NCBI RefSeq assembly: GCF_001194135.2
Contig: NC_068997.1
Location: 19,916,602 to 19,967,691, forward strand
Origin: Octopus bimaculoides
Taxonomy: Eukaryota
Direction: 5' to 3'
DNA length: 51,090 bases
Shown: in pieces, positions 49,903 to 51,090 of the stretch
Position numbering within the stretch: position 1 is the first letter of the stretch
How the letters are laid out: every line of letters starts with the position of its first letter
Position numbers and translations under genes: made by a program
Notes under the pieces: generated by a model
Told to the model about the DNA's origin: nothing
Databases searched by the model: none
The model's input: only the letters and a program-made list of their open reading frames with translations

Positions 49903-50216
49903 CAGGGGATAATTACTAAAGCACTTGAATTTTGTGCTTAACAAGTGGCAGCGCAAAACACAAGTGCGTCTGTGGTAACTTTCTGTTGCATTTTTCAGTT
50001 ACATAACTAATACATGTATGTATGTATGTATGTATGTATGTATGGTTATGCTTATATATATGTATGTATGTATGGTTATGCTTATATATATATAAAATGT
50101 ACATGTCTATGTTAGTTCCAAGATACATTTCAAGAATGCTCTAGGAAGCATCATCAGTGAAGTCCCTAAAGTCTTAGGGTGTATAGGGCCTTTCAACTGC
50201 CGACTACCTTACTCCA

Positions 50217-50262
<46 letters not shown>

Positions 50263-51090
50263 TATGTATATATGCATATACATACATGTGTGTGTGTGTG
50301 TACATATACATCCATTTGAATTAAATTAACATGTTATTTTCAGACTTTTTCATTTCAACTAATAATTGGTGAATATTCATTTCACTTTACTCAAAATACA
50401 ATTCTGTTTCTCAGCTTTTTATACATTTATAAAAGAATATCACATACATATTTATATATTTATTGATATTATTAGTATTACTGGAACATTTCTAGAAACT
50501 TTTGCTTCAACTAATTCATTTACAATTAATTTTTTCCCTCCCGTTTTCGCTTAAAATATTTAACAATCTTAACAATATTCTAGCCTAAAAGCTCAGTCAT
50601 CATCTGTTTAAAGCTTCTGCTCTCATCAACTTCAAACATAAAATTTTTACAGAGGCTTTAGTGTGTCTGTTTTAATAAAATAACATTGGTGCAGTTTTTA
50701 TGGTTGGGGTATACAACTTCACTGACAGCTAAATATATTAACATTTTCAAGTGTTAAATAAGTTTTTGTTTTCCTCTATGTTTATGTATGTATTTTTTTT
50801 TTTTTATGTATTTGTATTCATTTATAAGCACAGGTGCAAAAATGGCTGAGTGGTAAAAAAGATTACTTTAAAACAATGAAGTTTTCAGTTCAGTCTGTAA
50901 AGTAAATGGAATGAGTATTAAACGTAAAAAAGCAAAGAAAAAATTAACAAAGGAATATATTTTTTAGTTTTTGCATCTATATGCATCTAACAATTTCTCA
51001 ATGAAATAAACATGGCTTATATGATATCAAGGGAGGTAATTGTAGAATAGAGTTATCACCCTTAGTTATTATTGTTGAACTGTTCTGTTC

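Noticed and set aside
50117-50160. Minus-strand CTGATGA-TGCT/AGCA...GAAATGTA
   Set aside because: Five unpaired bases precede GAAA and there is no helix I partner, so it is not a supportable hammerhead.

Overview
AT-rich, microsatellite- and SINE-dense eukaryotic DNA with 10 assembly gaps. The repeat families and intron sizes suggest an octopus genome (inference). The only host gene I can support is a + strand type I diacylglycerol kinase (DGKA/B/G-like). It contributes five GT-AG exons (113-230, 4893-4981, 8753-8863, 18484-18582, 27096-27158) that splice in frame and encode both C1 zinc fingers plus the start of the linker. No catalytic-domain exon is visible in the remaining 24 kb. The introns hold at least four SINE-like families, two internally deleted mariners, Tigger/pogo, hAT and piggyBac-like relics, CR1-, R4- and Penelope-like retroelement fragments, a HINE-like element and several fold-back elements. 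Top observation: an intact-looking minimal hammerhead ribozyme (21724-21766, sense strand, GUC site, palindromic helix III) sits in the loop of a 169-bp, ~95% identical inverted repeat. Three more hammerhead-like motifs from unrelated sequence families occur, two of them also with inverted arms. The DGK C1A domain lacks the Pro11 and Gln27 residues needed for DAG/phorbol binding. Almost all ORFs in the supplied track are microsatellite, gap or SINE artefacts. Repeat boundaries are approximate (read by eye); exon and hairpin coordinates were counted.
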